DNA from: an uncultured Gemmatimonadales bacterium
GTDB lineage: Bacteria; Gemmatimonadota; Gemmatimonadetes; Gemmatimonadales; GWC2-71-9
DNA length: 64,000 nt
Direction: 5' to 3'
NCBI GenBank assembly: GCA_963771275.1
Contig: CAVYSW010000009.1
Coordinates: 352,001-416,000 of the forward strand
The number at the start of each line of letters is the position of its first letter. The stretch's first letter is position 1. Positions 19,927-29,721 of this stretch are shown here, in pieces. A model generated the notes under the pieces. That model worked only from the letters and a program-made list of their open reading frames with translations, made no database searches and was not told where the DNA came from. The position numbers and the translations under genes are program-made.

Positions 19927-20697
19927 TCACAGCCTCAGGATGCTGGTCCGGTACCACTGCACGACGGCGTCCCCCGCCACGAACGCGACGGCGGCGCCGG
20001 CCGCGAGGAAGATGCCGAAGGGCACCAACTTCTTGGTGCGCAAGGAGATAGGAACGAACACCAAGGTGCCGAGCAGGGCGCCGCCAAAGATCGTGAGCAG
20101 CACGCCCTGCCAACCCACAAAGGCGCCGACCATCGCCATCATCTTGATGTCGCCCCCGCCCATCGCCTCCTTCTTGAACACCTTCTCGCCGGCCCACGCC
20201 ACCGCGTAGAGCAGCGTGAACCCCACGACCGCGCCCACCAGGGCGTTCCCCACGGCCGGGAGGCCGACGGGCAGGGCCAGGGCGAGCCCCAGGGCGAGGC
20301 CTCCCCAGGTGAACTCGTCGGGGATGATGTAGTGGCGTGCGTCGGTGATGGCGATGCCGAGCAACAGCGTGCCGAGCACGGCCGCCGCCGCCGCGTGCCA
20401 GGAGAGACCGTAGCACCCTACCGCGGTCCCCCAGAGCAGCGCGACGAGCGCCTCGATCAGCGGGTACTGCACGGAGATCGGGGCGCGGCACCGGCGGCAC
20501 TTTCCCCCCAGCAGCAGCCATCCGAACACCGGTACGTTGTCATGCCACGGGATGCGCTGCCCGCACGACGGACAGGAGGACGGCGGCCGCACGAGCGATT
20601 GCTCGCGCGGCAGCCGGTAGATGCAGACGTTGAGGAAGCTCCCGAACGTGCTGCCCAGTGCCGCGGCAATGGCCACGATCGGCCATTCAGCCGCCAC
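19927..20697 (-). CDS. pilD: Prepilin peptidase
   Basis: GSFLNVCIYRLP, CPSC, CRRC, AMGGGDIK, VPFGIFL; GTG start. Confidence 0.95.
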   Translation of the reverse strand: MAAEWPIVAIAAALGSTFGSFLNVCIYRLPREQSLVRPPSSCPSCGQRIPWHDNVPVFGWLLLGGKCRRCRAPISVQYPLIEALVALLWGTAVGCYGLSWHAAAAAVLGTLLLGIAITDARHYIIPDEFTWGGLALGLALALPVGLPAVGNALVGAVVGFTLLYAVAWAGEKVFKKEAMGGGDIKMMAMVGAFVGWQGVLLTIFGGALLGTLVFVPISLRTKKLVPFGIFLAAGAAVAFVAGDAVVQWYRTSILRL

Positions 20698-21457
20698 GGA
20701 CCACCTCGTAGAGCAGGATGCCGGCGGCGACCGCCACGTTGAGGGATTCCGCGCCCCGCGCGAGCGGAATCGCCACCTGCTGGTGGGCCAGGCCGCGCAC
20801 GGCGGCGCCGACCCCCAGCCCCTCGTTGCCCACCACCAGCGCCAGCCGCTCGGGCACGGTTGCCCGCTGGAGCGCGGCACCGTCGGCGGCGGCCACCCAG
20901 ACCGCGAGCCGCTCGCGCCGCACCCAGGCGGCGAGCTCCGCGGGCTCGAGCGGAACCGCCGGCAGACGGAACGTGGCCCCCATCGCGCCGCGCACCACCT
21001 TGGGGTTGGTGAGGTCGGCGGTACCCTTGAGGAGCACGGCGCCGCAGGCACCCAGGGCGAACGCCGTGCGGAGCAGGGTGCCCACGTTGCCGGGGTCCTG
21101 GACCGCGTCCAGCACGAGCACGGGGGCGGTGCGTTGCGGGTGGAGATCCGCCAGCGTCCAGCGGCGCGGCTCCACCACCACGAGCACCCCCTGGGGCGTC
21201 TCCGTCTCCGCGAGGGTGGCGAACGTGCGGGCGGGCACCTCTTCGAGCGGCACGGCGCGGCCCGCGAGCTCCGCCAGGAGCGCGGCCCCGCGAGACGACT
21301 CGGCGAGGTCGCGCGTCACGAGCGCCCCCACGATCGGCACGCGCGCGGCGAGCACTTCCTCGACCAGGCGCACGCCTTCGGCGAGCGTCAGGCCCCGGCG
21401 TCTGCGCGCCCGGCGCTGTTGTAGATTCCGAACCACCGATTGGAGCTGAGAAGTCAT
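20687..21457 (-). CDS. TrmH/SpoU family RNA methyltransferase
   Basis: [33 protein letters not shown]. Confidence 0.92.
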   Translation of the reverse strand: MTSQLQSVVRNLQQRRARRRRGLTLAEGVRLVEEVLAARVPIVGALVTRDLAESSRGAALLAELAGRAVPLEEVPARTFATLAETETPQGVLVVVEPRRWTLADLHPQRTAPVLVLDAVQDPGNVGTLLRTAFALGACGAVLLKGTADLTNPKVVRGAMGATFRLPAVPLEPAELAAWVRRERLAVWVAAADGAALQRATVPERLALVVGNEGLGVGAAVRGLAHQQVAIPLARGAESLNVAVAAGILLYEVVRGG

Positions 21458-21514
21458 GGACACTCCCGCCGACGCCCAATCATACCACGGCGCGCGGATT
21501 CGGAAAGTCGCCGG

Positions 21515-22318
21515 ATGCGGATCGCCCTGACGATCGCGGGATCCGATTCGGGCGGCGGCGCCGGCATCCAGGCCGACCTCAAGACGTTCCATCAGTTCGG
21601 CGTGTTCGGCACGTCGGTGATCGTGGCGATCACGGCGCAGAACACGCGCGGCGTCACGGCGGTGCACGCGGTTCCCCTCGCGACGGTGGACGCCCAGCTC
21701 GCGGCGCTCGCCGCCGATCTGCCGCCCGCGGCGGTGAAGAGCGGCATGCTCGCCTCGGCGGCGCTCGTCGCGACGGTGGCCGACGGGATCGCGCGCTTCC
21801 GGTTCCCCCACTACGTGTGCGATCCGGTCATGGTGGCCACGTCGGGCGACCGCCTGCTGGACGCGGACGCGGTGCGCACCGTGCGCGAGCGCCTGCTGCC
21901 GCTCGCGACGCTCGTCACGCCGAACCTCGACGAGGCCGCGCTGCTGGCGGAGCAGCCCGTCGCGAGCCCCGGCGACATGGAGGCGGCCGGCCGCGCGCTG
22001 GTCCGCATGGGCGCGCGCGCCGCCCTGATCAAAGGCGGCCATCTCGCAGGCCACGAGATCGTGGACGTGCTCGTCACGGCCGGCGGCACCGAGCGGTTCC
22101 GCCGGGAGCGCCTCGCCACGACGTCGACCCACGGCACCGGGTGCACGCTGTCGGCCGCCGTGACCGCGGCCCTGGCGCTCGGTCGACCCCTGCGGGAAGC
22201 GATCGCGGCCGCGCTGGACTACGTGCACCGCGCGATCGCGGGGGCGCCGGGACTGGGCGGGGGTCACGGGCCGCTCAATCACTTCGTCCCGGCGGGTCTG
22301 CCGGGGACGGTGGCGTGA
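21515..22318 (+). CDS. thiD: Hydroxymethylpyrimidine/phosphomethylpyrimidine kinase
   Basis: [39 protein letters not shown]. Confidence 0.96.
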   Translation: MRIALTIAGSDSGGGAGIQADLKTFHQFGVFGTSVIVAITAQNTRGVTAVHAVPLATVDAQLAALAADLPPAAVKSGMLASAALVATVADGIARFRFPHYVCDPVMVATSGDRLLDADAVRTVRERLLPLATLVTPNLDEAALLAEQPVASPGDMEAAGRALVRMGARAALIKGGHLAGHEIVDVLVTAGGTERFRRERLATTSTHGTGCTLSAAVTAALALGRPLREAIAAALDYVHRAIAGAPGLGGGHGPLNHFVPAGLPGTVA

Positions 22319-23772
22319 GCCCGTCCCCGATCTTTCCCCGCCCGCCCCGCGCCCGGGGCATCTTCTGCAACCGCACGCTCAACCTGCGGGCGATCCGGGC
22401 AATCGGCTACGACATGGACTACACGCTGGTCCACTACCGGGTGGACGAGTGGGAGCGGCGGGCCTACGAGTACCTGCAGCAGAAGTTCACGGACCTCGGC
22501 TGGCCCCTCGCGGCGCTTGCGTTCGACGCGTCGTTCATCGTGCGCGGCCTGATCATCGACACCGAGCTGGGCAACGTGCTCAAGGCCAACCGCTTCGGCT
22601 ACGTGAAGCGCGCGTATCACGGGACCCGCCAGCTGGATTTCGAGGAGCAGCGCCGCGTGTACGCGCGAACGATCGTGGACCTGAGCGAGCCGCGCTGGGT
22701 GTTCCTCAACACGCTGTTCGCGCTGTCGGAAGCGTGCATGTACGCGCAGCTGGTCGACCTGCTGGACGCGCGCACGCTGCCGGAGGTGCTGGGCTACGCC
22801 GACCTGTACGAGCGCACCCGGCAGCTGATCGACGAGGCCCACGTCGAGGGCCTGCTCAAGGCGGACATCCTGGCGGACCCCGACCGGTTCGTCGAGCCCG
22901 ACCCCGAGGCCGCGCTGGCGCTGCTCGACCAGATCAAGGCGGGCAAGCGCCTGCTGCTGATCACCAACTCCGAGTGGCCGTACACCCGCGCCCTGATGCG
23001 CCACGCGTTCGACCGGTTTCTGCCGGGCGGGATGACTTGGCGCGATCTGTTCGAGGTGGTGATCGTGCAGGCCCGCAAGCCGGACTTCTTTTCCAGCCGG
23101 AGCCCGGTGTTCGAGATCGTGAACGAGGAGGGCCTGCTGCGGCCCGCCCTGGGCCTGACGGCCGGCGGGGCCTACGTCGGCGGCAACGCCGGGCTCGTGG
23201 AGCACCACCTTGGCGTGTCGGGCGACCAAATCCTGTTCGTCGGCGATCACCTGTTCGCGGACGTGCACGTTTCCAAGAACGTGCTGCGGTGGCGGACCGC
23301 GCTCGTGCTCCGCGAGCTCGAGGCCGACCTGCTGGCGGAGGAGGCGTTCGCGGACGACCTGGCGCGGCTGGAGCGGCTGATGGCCCGCAAGGAGGAGCTG
23401 GAATTCGACGTCTGCCAGATCCGCCTGCAGCTGCAGCGCGCGCGGGCCCGCTACGGGCCCAAGCCGACCCGCTCGCCCGAGAGTCTCGAGCCGGACCTCG
23501 CGGCCCTGCGCGACCGGCTGGAGGCGCTGGACGAGGAAATCGCACCGCTCGCGGCGCGCGCCACCGAGATCAGCAATGCGCGCTGGGGGCAGCTGATGCG
23601 CGCCGGAAACGACAAGAGCCACCTGGCACGGCAGGTGGAGCGGTACGCGGACATCTACCTGTCGCGCGTCTCCAACTTCCTGTACCACACGCCGTTCGCG
23701 TTCCTGCGCTCGCCGCGCGGGAGCCTGCCGCACGACGCCGGCAGCGCGGGCGCCGAGGAACCCGCGCCTTAG
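22315..23772 (+). CDS. HAD-IG family (cN-II-like) 5'-nucleotidase
   Basis: IFCNR.LNL, GYDMDYTL, LITNS, ARKP.FF, VGDH...DV, RYADIY. Confidence 0.92.
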   Translation: MSPSPIFPRPPRARGIFCNRTLNLRAIRAIGYDMDYTLVHYRVDEWERRAYEYLQQKFTDLGWPLAALAFDASFIVRGLIIDTELGNVLKANRFGYVKRAYHGTRQLDFEEQRRVYARTIVDLSEPRWVFLNTLFALSEACMYAQLVDLLDARTLPEVLGYADLYERTRQLIDEAHVEGLLKADILADPDRFVEPDPEAALALLDQIKAGKRLLLITNSEWPYTRALMRHAFDRFLPGGMTWRDLFEVVIVQARKPDFFSSRSPVFEIVNEEGLLRPALGLTAGGAYVGGNAGLVEHHLGVSGDQILFVGDHLFADVHVSKNVLRWRTALVLRELEADLLAEEAFADDLARLERLMARKEELEFDVCQIRLQLQRARARYGPKPTRSPESLEPDLAALRDRLEALDEEIAPLAARATEISNARWGQLMRAGNDKSHLARQVERYADIYLSRVSNFLYHTPFAFLRSPRGSLPHDAGSAGAEEPAP

Positions 23773-23781
23773 GCGCGTCCC

Positions 23782-24288
23782 GTGGACCTGCTCGTCGTGC
23801 GCCACGCGATCGCGGGCGATCGCCTCGACTGGAGCCGGTCGGGGAAGCCCGACAGCCAGCGTCCCGTCAGCGCGGAGGGGCGCAGGAAGATGGCGGCGGC
23901 CGCGCGCGGCCTCGCGGCCGTGGTGCCGCACCTGGACGTGCTCGCGACGAGCCCGTACCTCCGCGCCCGCCAGACCGCCGAGATCCTGCACACGCAGTAC
24001 GGGAAGCCCGAGCCGACCGAGGTCGCGGCGCTGGCCCACGGCGGGTCCCCGGCGGAGCTGCTCGAGTGGCTCGGGCGCGAGGGGAAGCGCGACGTGGTGG
24101 CGATCGTCGGGCATGAGCCCGACCTCGGCGCGCTGATCGGCCGGCTGCTCACCGGCGGACCCGCGGACGTGGTCCGGCTCGGGAAGGGCGGCGCCTGCCT
24201 GCTCTCGTTCACCCGCACGCCCGGCCCGGGCGCGGCGGAGCTCACCTGGGTGCTCACGCCCAAGCTGCTCCGCCGGCTGGGGAAGTAA
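23782..24288 (+). CDS. sixA: SixA-like phosphohistidine phosphatase
   Basis: VRHA.A, RP....G, SP..RA.QTA, VGHEPDL. Confidence 0.85.
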   Translation: MDLLVVRHAIAGDRLDWSRSGKPDSQRPVSAEGRRKMAAAARGLAAVVPHLDVLATSPYLRARQTAEILHTQYGKPEPTEVAALAHGGSPAELLEWLGREGKRDVVAIVGHEPDLGALIGRLLTGGPADVVRLGKGGACLLSFTRTPGPGAAELTWVLTPKLLRRLGK

Positions 24289-24289
24289 C

Positions 24290-25726
24290 GTGCCGCCGCG
24301 CGCGCCGCTGCTCGATCTGCCGGTCCGCGAGGGCGTCGCCCGCATCGCGCGGCGCTATCTCGACGAGGCGGTGTCCGGCCTCGACCGGCTGCGCGACCGC
24401 CGGGACACCGAGGCACTCCACGATTTCCGGGTCGCCGTGCGTCGCCTGCGGAGCCTGCTCCGGGCGTACCGCCGCTGGATGGGACGTGCCGGCGGGAAGA
24501 AGGTGCGACGCCGGTTGCGGGACTTGGGCCAGGCGACCAACGCCGGCCGCGACGCGGAAGTCCAGGTAGTCTGGCTCGAGGTACAGCGGGCCGCCCTCGC
24601 CCGGCGCGAGCGGAGCGGGCTCAACTGGCTGTTGCGGCGGCTGCGCGCCGTGAAGCGCGACAGCTATCGCGCGGCGCGGAAACGCGTCAAGGCGGGCCTG
24701 CACCGGTCCGAGCTGCTGCTGCGCCACCGACTCGACGAGCCGGCCGGTCAGGGGGCCACACGCTTCCGGGCGGCGTTCGCCGGGCTGCTCGTCGAGCAGG
24801 TCGCGGATCTGGAGGGCAAGCTGGCGGCGATCGCCGGCGCGGACGACGAGGAGCAGGCTCACGAAGCACGCATCAGCGCCAAGCGACTCCGCTACCTCGT
24901 GGAACCGGTGCGCTACGAGCTGCCGGGTGGCCGCCGCATCGTCGGGCGGCTCAAGCGCGTGCAGGACCTGCTGGGGACGCTGCACGACATGCATGTGCTC
25001 GCCGGGTCGCTCGCCACGGTGGTCGAGGAGGCGGCGCGCGAGAAGGCCCGGCGGATGCACGGGCTCGCGCTGGCGGGCGACGACCGGACGCTCGGCCGGG
25101 AGCGCCGGCGCGACGAGCGCATCGGGCTGGTCACCCTCGCGGCCCGTGCGCGCGGCGACCGCGACCGGGTGTTTGCCGCGCTCGACCGCGGATGGCTGCG
25201 CGGGCGGGCCCGGGCACTGTTCCAGGAGCTCAGGACGCGGGCGGACAGCCTGGCCATGCCGGCGCCGGAGGACAGCGAGATCGAGCGCAAGTTCCTGCTT
25301 GCGGCGCTGCCGCCGGAGGCCGCCGCCGCGCCCGTCGAGGAGATCGAGCAGGGATGGCTCCCCGGCGAGCGGCTGCGCGAGCGGCTGCGCCGGGTGGTGG
25401 ACGCCGATGGGGAGCGGTTCTATCGGACCGTGAAGCTGGGCAGCGGGGTGCAGCGGCTCGAGCTGGACGAGCAGACGTCAGCCGAGCTGTTCGGGGCGCT
25501 GTGGCCGCACACGGCGGGCTGCCGCGTCGCGAAGCGCCGCTACCGGGTGCACGACGGGGCGTTGACGTGGGAGATCGACGAGTTCCGCGACCGCGACCTG
25601 CTGCTCGCCGAGGTGGAGCTGTCCGATCCGGCTATGGCCGTGACCATCCCCGCCTGGCTCGCGCCGCATCTCGTGCGCGAGGTGACCGGCGATCCGGCCT
25701 ACGTGAACCTCAACCTGGCCGGCTGA
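24290..25726 (+). CDS. CHAD-CYTH fusion protein
   Basis: CHAD motifs LHDFRVAVRRLRS, HEARI..KRLRY, QDLLG.LHD; CYTH motifs EIERKFL, KRRY, WEIDEF, AEVEL, EVTGD. Confidence 0.9.
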   Translation: MPPRAPLLDLPVREGVARIARRYLDEAVSGLDRLRDRRDTEALHDFRVAVRRLRSLLRAYRRWMGRAGGKKVRRRLRDLGQATNAGRDAEVQVVWLEVQRAALARRERSGLNWLLRRLRAVKRDSYRAARKRVKAGLHRSELLLRHRLDEPAGQGATRFRAAFAGLLVEQVADLEGKLAAIAGADDEEQAHEARISAKRLRYLVEPVRYELPGGRRIVGRLKRVQDLLGTLHDMHVLAGSLATVVEEAAREKARRMHGLALAGDDRTLGRERRRDERIGLVTLAARARGDRDRVFAALDRGWLRGRARALFQELRTRADSLAMPAPEDSEIERKFLLAALPPEAAAAPVEEIEQGWLPGERLRERLRRVVDADGERFYRTVKLGSGVQRLELDEQTSAELFGALWPHTAGCRVAKRRYRVHDGALTWEIDEFRDRDLLLAEVELSDPAMAVTIPAWLAPHLVREVTGDPAYVNLNLAG

Positions 25727-25798
25727 CGCTCAGGCCGGCTCGCGGTCGGTCCGCCACCGCGAGATCGCCATCCAGCCTCCCCGCGCGCGTCCTCAGCG

Positions 25799-27409
25799 CT
25801 ACCCGGCGCGGGCCCCGCGCACGACGCGCAGCACCGGCCGCGCCACGCCAGCCGCCGCGAGCCAACGGACCGCGAGTCGCAGGTCGAACACCCGCTCGAA
25901 CAGGCCCGCCTTGCGCCGGGCGTCCCACAGCTCCACCGACGGCTCCTGCTCCGCCTCGAGCGTGAGCCGCAGCCGGCCGCGGCGGACCTCGCAGCGGACG
26001 GCGCGCACCAGGTTCTGATGGCTGCGGTTCAGGGCCACCGCCAAGCGCAGCAGGCCGGCGAGCCGGCGCGCGAGCGCCCGGTCCTCGCGCGGCAGGCGCG
26101 CGAAGGTGGGATGCGCACGCTTGGGGTACGCGCGCCGGTGATAGCGCGCGACGTTGGCGATCAGCTCGATCTCCCGCGCGGAATAGCCCGGCAGATCGCT
26201 GTGCATGATCAGGTGGTACGCGTGCTTGTGGTGCTTCGCGTGGTTCACCAGGAACCCGATGTCGTGCAGCAGGGCCGCGGCGACGAGCAGCTCCCGTGAG
26301 GCGGCGGGCAGCCCGGCCCGCCGCCGCAAGCCGTCGAACAGCTGCCCCGCGAGCTCGGCCACGTGCGCGCCGTGGCGCTCGTTCGAGCGACAGGTGCGTG
26401 CGAACCGGCGCACCGCGTCGAGCCGCTCCGGCGGCACCGCCGGCGACGTCGGGGCGGCGAGGCCCAGGTCCGCCATCATCGACAGCAGGAGGCCGTCGCG
26501 CACGCCGCCTTCGTTGACGAGGATCTGGCGGCAGCCGAGGTACTTCGCGAGCCGGGCGACGACGGCGGCGCCCGCCACGAGAATGTCGGCTCGCTGGGGC
26601 GGCACGCCGGGAATCTGGCGTCGCTGGGACTCTGGGAGCTCCAGCAGCCACGCGAGCAGGCGCGTGGCTTCCGCGCGGGTGACGGCGTAGCCGTGGGGAT
26701 TGCCCTCGCGCCCCTCATGCTCGTAGCGCATCATCGCGCCGAGCGCCGAGAACGTCCCGCCGCTCCCGACCATCACCTCGACGGTGAACGGCGGCTTGCC
26801 GATCTCGTCCGCCAGCGCCCGGTCGATCGCGCGGCGCAGCGCTTTCCAGTGCTTCGTGCGCAGCGGATCCGACCGGACGTAGCGCTCGGTCAGCCGCACC
26901 GCTCCCAACGGCAGCGAATGGACCTGGTCCACGACTGAGCCGGCCGAGAGCACGACCTCGAGGCTTCCGCCGCCGATGTCCGCCACCGCGACCGAACGGC
27001 CCTCGAGATTGAACCGGCGAATCGCGCTCGCGAAGGCGAGGCGCGCCTCTTCGTCCGGCGAGATGACTTCGACCCGCACGCGATGCCGCTTCCACGCCTC
27101 GCGCCGGAACGCCGCTCCGTTCTCCGCCTCCCGCACGGCGCTCGTCGCCGCGGCGCGCAGCTCGGTCACGCCGAACCCGTCGGCGATGGCTTTCATCGTC
27201 CCGATCGCGCCGAGCGAGGTGGCCACGGCGGCCTCGGAGAGGCGTCCCGTGCGCGCCAGGCCGGCGCCGAGGCGCGTCATCTCGCGCTCCTCGTCGAGCA
27301 CGCGATACGTGCCGTCGGGCTGAACCTCGGCCACGATCAGCCGGATCGAGTTGGTCCCGATGTCGATCGCGCCGAGGCGCGGCGCGTGGGAGGCGCGGTC
27401 GGGGCTCAC
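25799..27409 (-). CDS. ppx: Ppx/GppA exopolyphosphatase with HD domain
   Basis: IDIGTNS, ATSAVREA.N, DIGGGS.E, GSGGT, GVRDG, LLHDIG. Confidence 0.92.
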   Translation of the reverse strand: MSPDRASHAPRLGAIDIGTNSIRLIVAEVQPDGTYRVLDEEREMTRLGAGLARTGRLSEAAVATSLGAIGTMKAIADGFGVTELRAAATSAVREAENGAAFRREAWKRHRVRVEVISPDEEARLAFASAIRRFNLEGRSVAVADIGGGSLEVVLSAGSVVDQVHSLPLGAVRLTERYVRSDPLRTKHWKALRRAIDRALADEIGKPPFTVEVMVGSGGTFSALGAMMRYEHEGREGNPHGYAVTRAEATRLLAWLLELPESQRRQIPGVPPQRADILVAGAAVVARLAKYLGCRQILVNEGGVRDGLLLSMMADLGLAAPTSPAVPPERLDAVRRFARTCRSNERHGAHVAELAGQLFDGLRRRAGLPAASRELLVAAALLHDIGFLVNHAKHHKHAYHLIMHSDLPGYSAREIELIANVARYHRRAYPKRAHPTFARLPREDRALARRLAGLLRLAVALNRSHQNLVRAVRCEVRRGRLRLTLEAEQEPSVELWDARRKAGLFERVFDLRLAVRWLAAAGVARPVLRVVRGARAG

Positions 27410-27416
27410 GGCCGCG

Positions 27417-28854
27417 CTACCGGATCACCTGCCCCACGACCCGCTTGGCGAGGTTCCGGTTCATGAAGCGGCCATCGGCATCGAGCTGGTTGATGATCGC
27501 CAGCTCGTCGGCCGAGACGGGGCCGGGGTAGCGCTGAGCGAATTCCTGCGGTGTCATGGACCGGTCGAGCCGGACGATCGTAATGTGCCACGGCTGCACG
27601 CTCAGCGCGGTCTGGTCGGTGAGCGGCCGGAACGTCCGCATCGCGTCGACGACCACCGCCTCGCTGCCGGGCCAGGAGGCCGCCGTCCCGTAGCCCAGCA
27701 CCTGCAGCACGAGCCCGCCCTGCGCAACGAACATCACCCGCCCTTTCACGGTGCCGTCCTGCAGGGCCGCACTGAAGCCGCCGCCGGACGCCTGCAGCCC
27801 GTTGACCGTCAGCGCGGCCGGCGTCCCCGTGACACCCTGCTCGCTGAAGAACTGCCGCGCCGCCTCGCCGGGCGTGCCCGCCTCTGCGCCCGAGATGCGG
27901 AGGATCACGTCCTGGTTGGCGTTGGCCGCGAGCACGGCGGCTTTCTGGTTCGCCGTCGTCCAGCCCGTCGGGAAGGTGAACTCGAACCGGAGATCGGGGT
28001 GGAGGAACCGCGTGCCGCGGAAGAAGCCTTCCCTGGGGTTGGGGCCGAACATCAGATCGTCGAGGCGGCGCAGATAGGGGTCGCGGTCGACGACCGCCGC
28101 GGCGAGCTCGTCGGGCGTGAGCGTGGCGGCCCGCTCGACGGCCTTCTCCTCCCGGTTCGCGGGATCGGGGTGGGTGGAGGCCCACTCCGGCACCCGGGCC
28201 CCGGCGGCGGCGCTCACGCGGCTTAGCTCGCGGAACATCTCCGCCATCTCCCGCGGGTCGTAGTTGGTGCGCCGGACGTAGCGGAACCCCAGCTCGTCGG
28301 CCTGGGACTCGTCGTCGCGGCTGAACTTGAGAAACAGGAGGCCCAAGCGCCTGCTGCGCCGCGCCGGCATAGCGCGCCAGCTCGGGCTTGAGCACGACCC
28401 CCACGGCGAGCCCCACCTGGGCGAGCTGCTGCTGCGTCATCTGGACCACGGTGTGCCGCGCCGTCACGTGGCCGATCTCGTGCCCCAGCACCCCGGCCAG
28501 CTGCGCCTCCGAGTTCATGTGGGCAAGCAGGCCGCGCGTAACGTAGATGTAGCCGCCCGGCAGCGCGAACGCGTTCACCGCCGGATCGTCCACCAGCCGG
28601 AACGCCCACTCGAGCTGCGGCCGCTCGGACACGGCCGCGAGCTTCTTGCCGAGCGCCTCCACGTAGCGTCCGAGCGCCGTGTCGGGATACACCCCCATCT
28701 CCGCGGACACTTGCTGGTCGTATTGCCGCCCCATGGCGATTTCCTGGCTCTCGCTCACGAGCACCAGCTCTCTCCGGCCCGTGGCGGGATTGACGGAGCA
28801 GCGCGTGACGACAAGGCACAGGAAGGCAGGAACGAAGACGCTGCGGATGCGCAT
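27417..28854 (-). CDS. M48 family metalloprotease lipoprotein (frameshift near 28343)
   Basis: CSVNPATG, NAFALPGG, GHEIGH; after the shift SRDDESQAD, STHP; one extra base in CTTGGGCCTC. Confidence 0.88.
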
Positions 28855-28882
28855 GGGGCAGTCCCCCTGAGGCGGAACGAAC

Positions 28883-28923
28883 GTCGGTCGGGATCGACTG
28901 AAACGTAGTCGACCCCGACCGAC
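28883..28923. other. 17-bp stem hairpin between HEAT gene and M48 gene
   Basis: GTCGGTCGGGATCGACT / AGTCGACCCCGACCGAC, one mismatch, 7-nt loop, no U-tract. Confidence 0.55.
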
Positions 28924-28943
28924 CCGTCACATCGACGACCCGC

Positions 28944-29693
28944 TCAGCGGCCGGTGAGAATCTCCTCGAAGAACGCCACCGCCCGTGGATCTCCGGTCTG
29001 CCCGAGCCAGAACATCGCCGACTTGCGGACGTCCGGGTCGCGGTGCTCGCGCGCGATCCGGATCAGCAGGGGAACCGCCTCGTCGCCCTTGTGCTGCGAG
29101 AGCGCGAACACGGCCTGCTTCTGGATCTCCCGGTCGGTGGTGTCGTCGATCAGTCCGCCGAGCGCTCGGGTGATCTCGGCGCCCGCGGCCTGGCCGAGCC
29201 AGAACACGGCGCTCTTGCGCGTTTCCCGCGGGATCGCGGCGTCCCGCCCCAGCTGGACGAGCTGGGGCCAGACGATCGCGCTGTCGGCCAGGGTCGCCGG
29301 AAACACCAGCTTGTCACCCACCCCCCCGGGAACGCGGGGGGCGAGGTCGAGGAGGTACTTGGCGGCCTCGGACGCCCCGACCGTGCCGAGATCGGTCACC
29401 CCGGCTTCCGCCGCGCGCCACCGCCCGCCGACGTACGTGTCCACCTTCACGAGCTTCCCACCGCGCCAGTCGAGCACCACGCGCGCCGGGCCGTGCTGAC
29501 AGTCGCTCTCCCAGTCAGCGGTCGACCGCACGATGTTGATGTTGCGCCCGTTGCCGCAGACCTCGGGCCGGGTCGCGTAGCTCATGCGCACCGTCCCGTC
29601 CCGCACCCGCTCCACCCGCTGCGCGAGCGACTGGGCCTGCGCGGCGGACGCCGCCAGCAAGACGAGCAGCCCCCCCATCACGGTCGTTCTCAT
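28944..29693 (-). CDS. Exported HEAT-repeat protein
   Basis: Signal peptide; A.FWLGQ / AVFALSQ repeats. Confidence 0.85.
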   Translation of the reverse strand: MRTTVMGGLLVLLAASAAQAQSLAQRVERVRDGTVRMSYATRPEVCGNGRNINIVRSTADWESDCQHGPARVVLDWRGGKLVKVDTYVGGRWRAAEAGVTDLGTVGASEAAKYLLDLAPRVPGGVGDKLVFPATLADSAIVWPQLVQLGRDAAIPRETRKSAVFWLGQAAGAEITRALGGLIDDTTDREIQKQAVFALSQHKGDEAVPLLIRIAREHRDPDVRKSAMFWLGQTGDPRAVAFFEEILTGR

Positions 29694-29721
29694 GCTCTCC
29701 CCCTCCGCCCCTCTGCGGCCG

